The notes: generated by a model from the letters alone, not told the origin. A stretch of 64,000 nucleotides of DNA from Phycisphaerales bacterium (GCA_044354475.1 JBIKZY010000001.1:10233-74232), one strand, 5' to 3'; shown: positions 18,479-28,339, counted from the stretch's first letter. Made by a program: numbers and translations.

Positions 18479-19718
18479 ATGGCGCGAGTTGCAGCGTGCC
18501 GTTCGCAACGGAAACGATCCAGACTTTCTTTTGGGGAACTGGGCCGTTGGCGTAACTGATCGTGCCGGTGATGCCTTGGAAATTGGTGGTTGCGGCCAGT
18601 GCAGCGGCGATGGCTTTGGGATCGTCGCTGCCGGCGCGCGCACGTGCGTCAATGGCTAGGCGAGCGGTGTCGTAACCGAGTGCTGCAAACGCGTTGGGCG
18701 GCGGAGTTCCGTACGCGGTGGAATACGCATCGACAAATGTAAGTGCGGCGGGCGAGGCGCCAGCGCCAAGCCACGCGTGAGTGGTGAACCAGACGCGATT
18801 GCTGGGGACCGTTGCGGACGCGGCGTTCGTACTTGCTTGGCTGTTGGCGGTGGGCGTATTCAGTACCGCTGCGCAGTCGAATGAATCACCGCCGATGATC
18901 GGGGTTGTTGCCAGTGCAGATCGAACGGACTTCAGTACCGCAGCGATGTCCTCTGGCATGCAGGCAACAAAGATGAAGTCCGCTTGGTTGGCTGGCGAAA
19001 CCAAGTGCGGTGCAACGGCGGCTGCGGGTGTGAAGCTCAGGTCAAACTCTGCAACCACGGTGCCGCCCAAGTCGTTGCCCATGTGGCTGCGAAAGTAGCT
19101 AGCGAGCGTGCGCGTGTATTCATGGCGTGAGTCGAAGATGACGAGTGTGCGTTTCCCAAAGCGCGCAGCGCCAAAGTCGGCGGCGGCGATGGCTTGTGCG
19201 TCGTCGCCAAAGCATGCAAGGAACGTGCCAGCGCCGCAGCGGGCGGGCAGCTTTGGGTCAGTGGCGCCGAGCACCACGAATGGTTTGCCAAGGCGTGTGA
19301 ATTCGGGGACGGCCACCAGCGCGGGGTCACTGTCGGTGAAGCCGATGCCAAGCGTGTTGCGAGCGGCGGCGGCGCGGGCGAGTTCAGTGGCGCGTGGTGA
19401 TGAGCTCTGCGTGTCGATGCACTCGGTGTCGAAGCGGAGTGTGGATGTGCGGTTGTGTTCAGTGATGGCCAGTTGCGCCCCGCGCATGGCAGCGATACCG
19501 ATGGGTGACATCGATCCGGTCTCAGCGGCGATCACGGCGATGTGGGTGGGTGCGGATGCGGAGGCGGGCGGCGCGAGTGGAGAAGGCGGCGCGTTGAGTG
19601 TGTTCGGGATGTTTGCGGCGTTCGGAGCGCACGCGGTGGCCAGGCATACGCAGGTGATGGCGGAGGCGCGGATGATGGTGGCGACGCTGTTGCGAACGGC
19701 GTATGTGGAGGCTTGCAT
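18477..19718 (-). CDS. periplasmic binding protein (type 1, Leu/Ile/Val-binding-like) lipoprotein
   Basis: An internal ATG gives a lipoprotein-like signal (..ITCVCLATACAP). The body (IAVIAAETGSMSPIGIAAMRGAQLAITEHN) resembles LivK-type ABC substrate-binding proteins. No permease genes are adjacent. Confidence 0.6.
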   Translation of the reverse strand: MQASTYAVRNSVATIIRASAITCVCLATACAPNAANIPNTLNAPPSPLAPPASASAPTHIAVIAAETGSMSPIGIAAMRGAQLAITEHNRTSTLRFDTECIDTQSSSPRATELARAAAARNTLGIGFTDSDPALVAVPEFTRLGKPFVVLGATDPKLPARCGAGTFLACFGDDAQAIAAADFGAARFGKRTLVIFDSRHEYTRTLASYFRSHMGNDLGGTVVAEFDLSFTPAAAVAPHLVSPANQADFIFVACMPEDIAAVLKSVRSALATTPIIGGDSFDCAAVLNTPTANSQASTNAASATVPSNRVWFTTHAWLGAGASPAALTFVDAYSTAYGTPPPNAFAALGYDTARLAIDARARAGSDDPKAIAAALAATTNFQGITGTISYANGPVPQKKVWIVSVANGTLQLAP

Positions 19719-19909
19719 GGGGGGATCGTATGGAGCGTCGCGTCGATACTGCGCAGCGCCGTTTGGCTGCGATTTATGCAACGTCCGCCGTGTTATCAAG
19801 TTGCAGTTACCCCTTGCGCACGTTGTCGGCTGTGACTACAATCTCTCTTTCCGAGATCGGGCGCGCGCGAAGTTCGAAGTAGCCGGTTGCGCGCCCGACC
19901 GGAGGTTTT

Positions 19910-19981
19910 GCGGGTGTAACTCAGTGGTAGAGTGCCACCTTGCCAAGGTGGACGTCGAGGGTTCGAGTCCCTTCACCCGCT
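19910..19981 (+). tRNA. tRNA-Gly (anticodon GCC)
   Basis: The cloverleaf was folded by hand. The acceptor stem is GCGGGTG/CACCCGC, the anticodon stem CCACC/GGTGG with loop TTGCCAA, and the T arm GAGGG-TTCGAGT-CCCTT. CCA is not encoded. Confidence 0.92.
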
Positions 19982-19990
19982 CTCAAGCTC

Positions 19991-20028
19991 GAAGCCGAAG
20001 GTCATGTGCCTTCGGCTTCTGCGCTTTT
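19991..20028 (+). terminator. rho-independent terminator after the tRNA
   Basis: gaagccgaagg-tcatgtg-ccttcggcttc followed by tgcgctttt. Confidence 0.7.
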
Positions 20029-20157
20029 CCGGGGCGGGCGGCCGCGAAGCGGGCTCCTTCGACCATTCGGGATCCCGGGGCGATTCTTCCCAATCCACAC
20101 ATTTCCGAAAATGGGTGATGACCTGCCCCCCTCCCGTTCGCGCTCTCTGCGAACACC

Positions 20158-21234
20158 ATGCGATCCACCTCCCCCATCCTCGCCGTCACCGCCGCCCTGA
20201 TCGCCCTTCCCGCGTCCTCCGCCGGCGCCCAGGCCACCAAGGTCCGGGGCTGGGGCGAGAACTTCGAGCGCCAGACGATGGCGCCTGTCACGCTGCCGGA
20301 CGCGGTGCAGGTGGCCGCCGGCGAATACCACACCGTGGTGCGGCTGGCCGACGGCACCATCCGGGTGTGGGGCCGGAACTTCGAGGGACAGGCGAACGTC
20401 CCGACCGGCCTCGGCACGGTGGCATCGGTCGCCGCGGGCGAATACTGCACGCTGGCTGTCCTGACCTCCGGCACGGTCCGGGCCTGGGGCTGGAACAACG
20501 GCGGGCAGACCGACGTCCCTGCCGGCCTGAGCGGCGTGACCAAGGTGGATGCGGGCTGGGGGCACTGCATCGCACTGAAGTCCGACGGATCGATCGTCAT
20601 GTGGGGACGCAACGACTCGGGCCAGACCTCGGTCCCGAGCGGGCTCGGCCCGATCCTCGACGTCGCAGCCGGCGGCGACCACACCGTGGTGGTGCTGCAG
20701 TCCGTCGGAACCGTCCGCGCGTGGGGGCGCAACAGCAGCGGACAGGCGACCGTCCCCGCCAACGTCGGCTCGGCCCTCAAGGTCGCGTGCGGCAAGTGGC
20801 ACTCGGTCGCGCTGCGGAGCAGCGACCGAACGGTCCGGCAGTGGGGGAGCTTGAGCGCCGGGGTTCCGACCGGCCTGACGCAGGTGGTCGACATCGCCGC
20901 GGGGAACGGACACACGGTCGCCCTCCGCGCGGATGGAACCGTCCGCGCCTGGGGCAACAACACCGCGCTTCAGAGTTCCATCCCGCTGAACCTCGGGACC
21001 GTGTCCCAGGTCGCCGCGGGCGGGAACTTCTCGCTCGCCATCTCCACCATCGCCACGCCCCCGTGCCCCGGTGACCTGAACGGCGACAAGCTCGTCGACG
21101 GCAGCGACCTCGGGATCCTGATCGGCGCCTGGGGCAGCACCTCCGGCGGCGCCGGCGACTTCGACGGCGACGGCCGCATCACGGGCCTCGACCTGGGCGC
21201 GCTGCTCGGCGACTGGGGCCGGTGCATGGACTGA
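20158..21234 (+). CDS. RCC1-repeat protein with C-terminal dockerin-like anchor
   Basis: It has a signal peptide and repeated RCC1/BLIP-II units (VRGWGENF.., IRVWGRNFEGQ, VRAWGWNNGGQ, IVMWGRNDSGQ, VRAWGRNSSGQ, VRAWGNN). The tail is CPGDLNGDKLVDGSDLGILIGAWG..DFDGDGRITGLDLGALLGDWGRC. Confidence 0.9.
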   Translation: MRSTSPILAVTAALIALPASSAGAQATKVRGWGENFERQTMAPVTLPDAVQVAAGEYHTVVRLADGTIRVWGRNFEGQANVPTGLGTVASVAAGEYCTLAVLTSGTVRAWGWNNGGQTDVPAGLSGVTKVDAGWGHCIALKSDGSIVMWGRNDSGQTSVPSGLGPILDVAAGGDHTVVVLQSVGTVRAWGRNSSGQATVPANVGSALKVACGKWHSVALRSSDRTVRQWGSLSAGVPTGLTQVVDIAAGNGHTVALRADGTVRAWGNNTALQSSIPLNLGTVSQVAAGGNFSLAISTIATPPCPGDLNGDKLVDGSDLGILIGAWGSTSGGAGDFDGDGRITGLDLGALLGDWGRCMD

Positions 21235-21402
21235 GCGGCGCGCTCGCCCGGCGCTCTCCGATTCACCCTTGCAGGCATCATGCAAGGAATCGACGCCGAG
21301 CCCGGCGCCCTCGGGAGCTCCGAGGACGAACAGGTCCTCCGGCCCGAGCCGCGCCGCCAGGCGGTTCGCGTCCGTGAGCGCCGATTGGTGGGCGACCGCG
21401 TG

Positions 21403-21590
21403 TGGACCTCCACCCGATTCGTGGACACCCCCAGGCGGCAGGATTGCACCTGCCGGAGGGAGCGTGTTTCATGGCCACGATGCGAGTTTGTACCCGCGAG
21501 CTTCGTGAGTCCGCCGTCGGCATGGTGCTGTCCCAGGGTCTGCCGCCAAACCGCGTTCAAAGCGCGCAATCTTCCCGCGGAATCTGTTGA
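21403..21590 (+). mobile_element. IS3-family element, left end only: IRL plus truncated orfA N-terminus
   Basis: The IR begins 5'-TGGACCTCCACCCGATTCGTGGACACCC. ATG at 21471 opens MATMRVCTRELRESAVGMVLSQGL.., matching the xxELRExAVxMVLxxG start of IS3 OrfA HTH proteins. The frame ends at 21590 and the rest of the element is absent. Confidence 0.6.
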
Positions 21591-21614
21591 CAGCCCCGTG
21601 GCGTGGGCTAGCAT
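21587..21614 (+). promoter_or_regulatory. candidate sigma-70-like promoter at the IS-remnant/cargo junction
   Basis: TTGACA, a 16-nt spacer, then TAGCAT, 33 nt upstream of the ATG at 21647. The -35 hexamer spans the orfA-remnant stop codon. Confidence 0.3.
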
Positions 21615-21646
21615 TTGGGGATCCTGGCGCCGCCTCGGACTCTCCC

Positions 21647-23062
21647 ATGAAGACTTCCCTCCGGATCCTCGTCGCGGCCGCCTCGCTCGGCCTTTCCGCA
21701 GTGTCGCTCGCCGACTGGTCGAACCTGGGCGGCAACGCACGACAGAACTCGCTCGCCGCGGTGGCCGGCCCCGATGCCGCGACAGCGACGTGGACGCGGA
21801 GCGACATGCCGTGCCTCATCGCGTGGAGCCCGATCACCGAGGGCCACCGCATGTTCACGGTGCGCCAGACCTACGCGTGGGCCCCGTACGAGCCGCCCGC
21901 TGTCGACGCACGCGTGCACTGCCTCGACATCCGGACCAGCGTGACGCTGTGGACGTTCGACTGCCCGTTCGAGCCCGACGACTGGTCGACGGTCGTCTAC
22001 GGCGCGCGCGATGGACGCGTGTACGTGGGACGTGGCGGAAACGGCGCAGCTTCGGCGGCGCGCGTCCACTGCCTGAGCGCGCAGACCGGCGCCGTGCTGT
22101 GGGTGTCGAACGACGAGGTCAGGACTGCGGCCAACGAGGGCATTGCCTTCATGGACGACGGTGACCCGATTTTCGCGAGCCACAACGAGATCCGCCGGAT
22201 CGACGCCATGACGGGCGCGACGGTCTGGCATTCGACGCGCACATGCAGCGTCAGCGGCCATTGCGGGCCGGCACGTGACGGAGATGCCATCTACATCGAT
22301 GAGACCGCGCCCAGCGGCCAGCGGATCTCGCGCTTCAGCGCAGTCACCGGTCTGAGGCAGTACTCCAGCCAGACGATGCCGGGATTCCTGAACCAGAACT
22401 CGCCGTTCTGCGCGCCGGGCGGCTTCGTCTTCTACCTGCGCTCGAGCAACGAGGGGCCGACGGTTGACCTCTTCTACGCCTTCCGCGACACCGGAAGCGG
22501 CTTCGAGCTGCTGTGGACCGCGCCGACCAGGTACGAACCGTTCGCCCGCCACGGCATCACCCCGGACGGAGGCGTGACGCTCCTCTCGCCGCTCGGGCAC
22601 CTGCAGATCCGCGACCAGCAGACGGGCGTGCTCCGGGCCGAATCGGCGAGCCCCGTGCTTGCCGCGCACGGCTTCACCTCGTCGCTCGTTGCGGTCGACT
22701 CGCGCGGCCGCGTGTTCCACAACAACTCGAACGGCGCGGGCGACGTGATCGGCGACCTTCGGGCCTTCTCGCCGACGCTCTCCGAGGAGTGGCGCATTTC
22801 CGTCATGGGGATGAACCAGAGCCCGGCGCTCGCGGCCGACGGCAGCCTGCTCGTGACCGGGACCGACGTGCTGCACCGCTACTGGTCCGCCCCTTGCGCG
22901 AACGCCGACCTCGATTGCGACGGAGCCGTCAACGGCCGCGACCTCGGCATCCTGCTCGGCGCGTGGGGCCCGTGCGCCGGGTCTCCGTGCGCCGGCGACA
23001 TCAATCGCGACGGCACGGTGAACGGCTCCGACCTCGGCGTGCTGCTCGGCGCATGGGGTTGA
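21647..23062 (+). CDS. PQQ-like beta-propeller repeat protein with C-terminal dockerin-like anchor
   Basis: ATG at 21647 gives the signal peptide MKTSLRILVAAASLGLSAVSLA. WSNLGGNARQNS follows, then propeller-like repeats. The tail is DLDCDGAVNGRDLGILLGAWGPC..DINRDGTVNGSDLGVLLGAWG. Confidence 0.8.
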   Translation: MKTSLRILVAAASLGLSAVSLADWSNLGGNARQNSLAAVAGPDAATATWTRSDMPCLIAWSPITEGHRMFTVRQTYAWAPYEPPAVDARVHCLDIRTSVTLWTFDCPFEPDDWSTVVYGARDGRVYVGRGGNGAASAARVHCLSAQTGAVLWVSNDEVRTAANEGIAFMDDGDPIFASHNEIRRIDAMTGATVWHSTRTCSVSGHCGPARDGDAIYIDETAPSGQRISRFSAVTGLRQYSSQTMPGFLNQNSPFCAPGGFVFYLRSSNEGPTVDLFYAFRDTGSGFELLWTAPTRYEPFARHGITPDGGVTLLSPLGHLQIRDQQTGVLRAESASPVLAAHGFTSSLVAVDSRGRVFHNNSNGAGDVIGDLRAFSPTLSEEWRISVMGMNQSPALAADGSLLVTGTDVLHRYWSAPCANADLDCDGAVNGRDLGILLGAWGPCAGSPCAGDINRDGTVNGSDLGVLLGAWG

Positions 23063-23176
23063 CCGAAGGCACGCATACGCCGCATGCCGGCGATCTCATC
23101 TCGCCGCGAAGGCCGCAAGGGCCACCATGCCGAGCGCGACGACCGCCCACGCTGCGGACTCAAGGGCGGAGCACGG

Positions 23177-24430
23177 TCACCCGTACGTGCACCACCGCCA
23201 CAATCGCTCCATGGGGCCGCTGCCGAAGACCCGGGTCCACGCCAGCGCCGCCACCATCAACCCGGCCCATACGCCGATCACTATCGCGGTGAACTGGACA
23301 TCGGTCATGGTGCCGAAGCGGGCCAGTCCCCACCAGGATGCAATGCCAGTGCAGACCAGCGATTCGCAGAGGTACACGGTGAGCCCGATCGAGCCCGCGG
23401 CCTGGATTGGTGCCCGCAGCAGGGTCGGAAGCCGCGGTCCGAACTCGACCGCGAGGCAGGCGTAGCCCACAGGCAGCAACAAGGCGCTCATCTGCAAGGC
23501 AAGCGTGAAGAGCGCGATTGCCGCGGGGCTTTCCCGCCCGAGGAAACACCCCGGCAGCACTGCAGCCGCTGCAAACGGAAGCCCCGCGGCAATCAGTCGC
23601 ACGGCAAGCACGCGTCGACGGGAACTTGACTCTGGCGCGAAGAGCCGAGTCCGCTGCGCCCACACACCGACCAGCATCATGAGGAGCACCTGCCAGCCAT
23701 ACGAGATGGGCGCGATCAGCAAGCTGAGTGCGTAGGAAACCGCTCGGAATGCTGTCGCATCAAGCCATGGCCCTTGGCGGGAGGCGAACGCCTCGGCTTC
23801 GATCCAGGTCCGCGAGGAGATGTCGAAATCAGCGGCCGTCATAGCATCGACGCCGCGCAGCGGATGCTCTGCCACCACCGCGACTGATCCATCGTCCGCT
23901 GCTGCGCCGAAGAACCCCCACTCCATCCCGGCGCTAGCCACGGTGACGAGCAGGACCAGCGCCACAACGCCCATCGTCACCCTGTACAGCCAGCGGTCAT
24001 CCAAGCCGATGCACGCGAGCACCACAGTTCCAATGATCGCGTAAAGCGTCAGGATGTCGCCGTCCCACACGAGCAGCCCGTGCAGTAGGCCGATGGCCAG
24101 CAGCAGCCCCAGCCTGCGGAGGCCCATGCGCCAGCGAGAATGACCCGAGGCCGCGCACCGGGCCGCCTGTTGCGCAAGCCCGAACCCGAACAGCAGCGAG
24201 AACACCGAGATGAACTTGTAGTTGGCGAGCACATCCACCACGTCGTGCACGGCCCAGTCGAGGGAGGATCGCTGCAGCCCCTCGGGCAGCGGGCCTATCT
24301 CGGCCGCCGACGCTGACGGCAGGAAGAAGAAGCGCGCATTCACCACGATGATGCCGAGCAGCGCAAGCCCGCGGGCGATGTCGATGCCCCCGGAACGCTC
24401 GGCGCGGGGAACCGGGATGAGGGATGGCAT
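23177..24430 (-). CDS. DUF418/YeiB-like polytopic membrane protein
   Basis: The N-terminus (RSGGIDIARGLALLGIIVVNARFF) and multiple TM segments match the YeiB/DUF418 pattern. Confidence 0.7.
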   Translation of the reverse strand: MPSLIPVPRAERSGGIDIARGLALLGIIVVNARFFFLPSASAAEIGPLPEGLQRSSLDWAVHDVVDVLANYKFISVFSLLFGFGLAQQAARCAASGHSRWRMGLRRLGLLLAIGLLHGLLVWDGDILTLYAIIGTVVLACIGLDDRWLYRVTMGVVALVLLVTVASAGMEWGFFGAAADDGSVAVVAEHPLRGVDAMTAADFDISSRTWIEAEAFASRQGPWLDATAFRAVSYALSLLIAPISYGWQVLLMMLVGVWAQRTRLFAPESSSRRRVLAVRLIAAGLPFAAAAVLPGCFLGRESPAAIALFTLALQMSALLLPVGYACLAVEFGPRLPTLLRAPIQAAGSIGLTVYLCESLVCTGIASWWGLARFGTMTDVQFTAIVIGVWAGLMVAALAWTRVFGSGPMERLWRWCTYG

Positions 24431-24453
24431 GCGGGCATTATGCCAAAGACGCC

Positions 24454-24499
24454 AAAAAAGACCGATCCCGCGAGCCGCATACGCGACCCGCGGGATCGG
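24454..24499 (-). terminator. rho-independent terminator
   Basis: The minus strand reads ccgatcccgcg-N16-cgcgggatcgg followed by tctttttt. Confidence 0.7.
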
Positions 24500-24524
24500 A
24501 TGTCAAATCACACCAGCGTCGGCA

Positions 24525-25184
24525 TCAGGCGCGACGACGGCTGCGGATCGCCAGCGCGAGACTCGCGAAAGCGACCACGCCCGGGCCGGGGACCAAGATC
24601 GCAGTGCCCAGCGAGCCAATGTTGCCCAACGCATCCGCGGACACAAATCCGACCTGCGTGCCGATCGTTCCGACGGTGCTCACCACGGCCGAATAGTTCG
24701 GGTCGATCGAGCCCTGCGCATCCCAGCCCCAGAAGAAGCTGGAACCGGTAGTTGCGGCGCCGAAGCTGACCTGGTTCACGTTGACGCTCAGGTTGTTGAA
24801 CAAGCAGACGCCGTCGCCGCCGGAGCTGAAGCCGATCCCGCTGCCGGAGTAGTAGCCGACCTGCACGTTGGTGAGGCCGCCCCAGAAGGTGCGGAAGGAA
24901 GCGACGCCCGCGCCGGCTGCGCTTTCGAGGAAGATCACCGACTCACCGGCGCCGATCGAGGTGATGCCGCTGAGCGCAACTGCGGCGTTGATGTTGAAGG
25001 AACCATCGTCCATCTTCCAGCCGGTGAGGCTCACGGCGGAGCTGCCGTCGTTGGTGACTTCAATCCAGTCGGGAGTTCCGTTGGTGCCGCTCGAACTCAT
25101 CACCTCGGTGATGACGATGCCGGCGTGCGCAGCGGGAATAGTGACAGACGTGACCACGAGGGCCGAGAGAAGGGAGTAACGCAT
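24525..25184 (-). CDS. lamin-tail-domain (LTD) protein with PEP-CTERM anchor
   Basis: An internal ATG gives the signal peptide MRYSLLSALVVTSVTIPAAHA. The LTD signature is IVITEVMSSSGTNGTPDWIEVTNDGSSAVSLTGWKMDD. The C-terminus is VPGPGVVAFASLALAIRSRRRA. Confidence 0.85.
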   Translation of the reverse strand: MRYSLLSALVVTSVTIPAAHAGIVITEVMSSSGTNGTPDWIEVTNDGSSAVSLTGWKMDDGSFNINAAVALSGITSIGAGESVIFLESAAGAGVASFRTFWGGLTNVQVGYYSGSGIGFSSGGDGVCLFNNLSVNVNQVSFGAATTGSSFFWGWDAQGSIDPNYSAVVSTVGTIGTQVGFVSADALGNIGSLGTAILVPGPGVVAFASLALAIRSRRRA

Positions 25185-25371
25185 TGAGATAGCTCCAAGT
25201 AAGGGGAAAGGGAAAGGGAAGGGAAACAAAGCAGAAGACGAATGCCCGTGGACGTTTGGAACGCCACGTTGCCCCTTGAACCAAACCTCCGTGTGCAATC
25301 AAACTAAGACAGCCCTGTGAGCAATGTGTTCAGAACCGATGTAGTTGCCGTTCGGACATTGTTTGAATTGT

Positions 25372-28314
25372 TCAGCCCCATTTAGACAGCAGGAATGCGA
25401 GATCCGCACCGTCAACCAATCCGTTCCCGTCCAGATCGGCGGGACACGGTGACGTGCACGGTCCCCACGCCCCCAAGAGCAGGGCAAGGTCGAGCCCGTT
25501 GACGATGCAATCAGCATTCAGGTCGCCGATGCCGTCGCAGATGGCGTTCACCTGGAAGACTGACAGCGTGCCGCTAATTTCGTTTGCCACCAGCACCAGC
25601 GGATAGCCGTTCGGCGATTGCGCAGCGGGGACGAAGCACACGCCCTCGGAGCCAAGGTCACCGGCGTTGCCGCTCGATGGAAGTGCCGTGAAGATGCGAC
25701 TGTTCACGTAGCCCTCGAAGCTTGGCGATGCGGGGGTGTCTACGCAGATGGCGAACAGGCCGCCGATTCGCTCCGCGACGCCGAAGACAAACTGGCGCCC
25801 CGCAACAACGCCGACCGTCACGCCTTCGGGCTCTGGACCCTTCGATCGGCTGCGATTGTCGCGCGTGTTGTTGGTGTGGCTTGCGTTGAAGTAAAGGGGA
25901 TACAAGGATGCCGTGACCTGCTCAAGCAGATCACCGGAGTCCCACACCCGACTGCCGTCCGCGGCCCAGATGGTGACGCCACGTCCGCCGTAGGACACGA
26001 TGCGGTCGAAATCGCCGTCGCCATCAAGGTCACCCAGGTCCTTACGGATCTGCAGGCGGCCCAACCGCGCGTTGCCGCGCAGCCAACTGCGTCCGGGGAA
26101 TACGTGCTTGTCGAGCGTCACAGCGGACACCGTGGTGCCGTCTACGAAACTGCCCCACTCGCGGGCGTCGCCCTCGTTGGCGGTCACGTAGTAATCCTGT
26201 CCGCCAGACCGGAACGCGGCGATCGCGTCCGGCATGTAGGCGCCGTCAACCGGCCATCCACGAATGGCATTCGCACTGTCTTGGTCGCTGGGATCAAGCC
26301 CGTTGCCGGAGAAGGTGATCATCCCGAGCACCGTCGACGCAGGCGACGGATTTGAAGTCAAGAGGCCGGTGGTACGGTCGAACGTGCCCTGCAACTGGAA
26401 ATCGTTGTCGTTGATGACGAAGATCGTGGACGGGTCTCGCATTGCCAGACCCTCCACCTTGTCGCCGACCGCGGCGTAGCCCACGGCGGCAAGGTCAACC
26501 TTCAACGTCTTGCGGACCGGCACGATGCCAGCAGCCGCAAGCTGAGCCGGGGTCATACGTTCAAGCGTTCCGCCGGGACCAGCGATCGACGCAGAGAGCG
26601 TTGAGAGGTCGGTGGCACCGGCAAGGTCGATCTCGTAGATGCGCTTCTGGCTGGACGCACCGACGGCGCTGTCGCGCTCGACCACCAGGAAACGCCCGGG
26701 GCCGAAGGCGCAGGCGTCACCAAGCTTGTCGCTGGCGCCGCCCTCCAAGATGTACGCATACTCGGCAACGACGCTGCGGGTGACGGGATTGAACTTAGCA
26801 ATCCGCACCAGCCGCGAGGCCTTCGAGTTCGCATCGTTCGCCACGTCCGGGTTGTCGAGCGGGCTCTGCACAAAGCAGAACAGCTGGTCATCCCACACCG
26901 CAATCGCCTCAAACCCGCGGTTATCGCGGCGCTGCGCATACACCGCAGGGAACGCCTCGGTCCCCAGCGTCACGCCGTAACTGTTGGCGCCGATCGGCAC
27001 GAAACGCTCGACCATGAGACCGGTCGCATTGAACCGGTACAGCGAAGGTCGGTACTCGTCGCACATCCAGAACGAGCCGTCGGCGGTGCGCACCAAACCT
27101 TCCAGGTCGGCGCCCAGTGGATCGAGCGCGAGTGGGTTGCCAAACAGGTCGCAGGGATCCTCATCGGTGTTCGCCAACCCAGGGGACTGACCGAGCACGT
27201 TCGGAAGACCGGTGAGCGGGGAGCCGTCAGGCTTGCGGAGCAGAAGTTGCCCGGTGAGCGCGAGTGCGTTGGTCGTCGGGTTGTAGGTGAACGTGCAGAT
27301 GCGCGGCTGGTAAGCGGGCAGCACGAACGGTCGCTCGAGCGCCGCATCGCCGTCCAAATTCAGGGGCTCGCAGTTCGGGCCGCGGTCCGGGTTCGCAAGG
27401 AACGTGATCACGCCGGTGGTTGCATCAACGGAATCGATCCACAGGCCGCTGAAGCCGCCGAGCAGAATGTCCTGTCCCGCGGCGGTGGTACCGACCACGG
27501 GCGGTGCAGTGAACGTGGCGGTGGTCAAGGACGCGGTGCCGGAGCCATGGGGCTTGTAGCCAAGAGGACGCACAGCGACAATGGTGCGCGAGGCGATGTC
27601 AACAACCGCCACCGCGCTGTGTTCCTGCAGTGTGGCCCAAGCGGTGGAGGAATCGGCGGAGACAGCGATGTACTCGGGCTCAAGGTCCTGCCCGATGGTT
27701 GGCGAGTTCGGGCCGAATGCGCGGATGGCTGGGTCGATCACGCCGGCGGGCAATCCGTTGAAACCAATGGTCGTGACGCTCGCCTGTGAGATCGTGCCGG
27801 TCACGTCGATGATGCTGATCGATCCCTCTGGGTCAACAACGTAGTTGGCGTCTGGCTCGCCCTCATTGGCGGTCATGACCTTGGTTCCGTCCGGCGTGAA
27901 GCAGACCATGTCCGGACCCGCGCCGACCGTGACAACGGCTACGAAGGTACCGGTGGTGGTGTAGAAGACGATCTTGCCAGGGTCAGTATTGGTTGTGGCC
28001 GAAACGGCAGCCGCGACGAGTCCGTTACGCACGGCCAAACTTTGCAACTGCGCGCCGTACGGCATCATCGGAATGGAGCCAACGCGAATCGGCGCCGCGG
28101 GGATCGAGAGGTCCATGATCTCAACCGAGGCGGAGAGCGCGTTGACCACAAAGGCGCGGGAGGTAGCGGGGTCGTACGCGGCAATCTCCGCGGCGGAGAC
28201 GTCGTATCCACCGGAGGTTGAGCGACCGAGGAACTGCAGCGAGATGAACGGCGTACCCGCGAAGGTTGCGGCACAGAGCGAAGCGGCGAGGAGCGAGGCG
28301 TAGTGCGAGCGCAT
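25372..28314 (-). CDS. large secreted beta-propeller protein (choice-of-anchor-I-like with inserted phytase-like esterase domain) with dockerin-like anchor
   Basis: ATG at 28314 gives MRSHYASLLAASLCAATFAG. The next segment is SAAEIAAYDPATSRAFVVN..VEIMDLS. The phytase-like part is DLEGLVRTADGSFWMCDEYRPSLYRFNATG. The tail is DLNADCIVNGLDLALLLGAWGPC..DLDGNGLVDGADLAFLLSKWG. Confidence 0.8.
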   Translation of the reverse strand: MRSHYASLLAASLCAATFAGTPFISLQFLGRSTSGGYDVSAAEIAAYDPATSRAFVVNALSASVEIMDLSIPAAPIRVGSIPMMPYGAQLQSLAVRNGLVAAAVSATTNTDPGKIVFYTTTGTFVAVVTVGAGPDMVCFTPDGTKVMTANEGEPDANYVVDPEGSISIIDVTGTISQASVTTIGFNGLPAGVIDPAIRAFGPNSPTIGQDLEPEYIAVSADSSTAWATLQEHSAVAVVDIASRTIVAVRPLGYKPHGSGTASLTTATFTAPPVVGTTAAGQDILLGGFSGLWIDSVDATTGVITFLANPDRGPNCEPLNLDGDAALERPFVLPAYQPRICTFTYNPTTNALALTGQLLLRKPDGSPLTGLPNVLGQSPGLANTDEDPCDLFGNPLALDPLGADLEGLVRTADGSFWMCDEYRPSLYRFNATGLMVERFVPIGANSYGVTLGTEAFPAVYAQRRDNRGFEAIAVWDDQLFCFVQSPLDNPDVANDANSKASRLVRIAKFNPVTRSVVAEYAYILEGGASDKLGDACAFGPGRFLVVERDSAVGASSQKRIYEIDLAGATDLSTLSASIAGPGGTLERMTPAQLAAAGIVPVRKTLKVDLAAVGYAAVGDKVEGLAMRDPSTIFVINDNDFQLQGTFDRTTGLLTSNPSPASTVLGMITFSGNGLDPSDQDSANAIRGWPVDGAYMPDAIAAFRSGGQDYYVTANEGDAREWGSFVDGTTVSAVTLDKHVFPGRSWLRGNARLGRLQIRKDLGDLDGDGDFDRIVSYGGRGVTIWAADGSRVWDSGDLLEQVTASLYPLYFNASHTNNTRDNRSRSKGPEPEGVTVGVVAGRQFVFGVAERIGGLFAICVDTPASPSFEGYVNSRIFTALPSSGNAGDLGSEGVCFVPAAQSPNGYPLVLVANEISGTLSVFQVNAICDGIGDLNADCIVNGLDLALLLGAWGPCTSPCPADLDGNGLVDGADLAFLLSKWG

Positions 28315-28339
28315 AGGGTTGTCCAGTCGCAAAGAGGGC

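Noticed and set aside
21260-21402. Minus-strand frame left of the IS3 IRL reading ..LGPEDLFVLGAPEGAGLGVDSL.., reminiscent of the SpoU/TrmH methyltransferase motif
   Set aside because: It is too short, has one extra residue relative to the motif, and lies in GC-rich DNA where open frames arise by chance. It cannot be supported without a search.
19983-22876. Several 250-430-aa ORFs antisense to or out of frame with the RCC1 and PQQ genes (for example 20002-21285, 19983-20963, 20970-21740, 21608-22876, 19932-21074)
   Set aside because: This is the GC-richest block, so stop codons are rare in all frames. Their translations are Arg/Pro/Gly-rich with no motifs. The annotated frames have signal peptides, repeats and dockerin tails.
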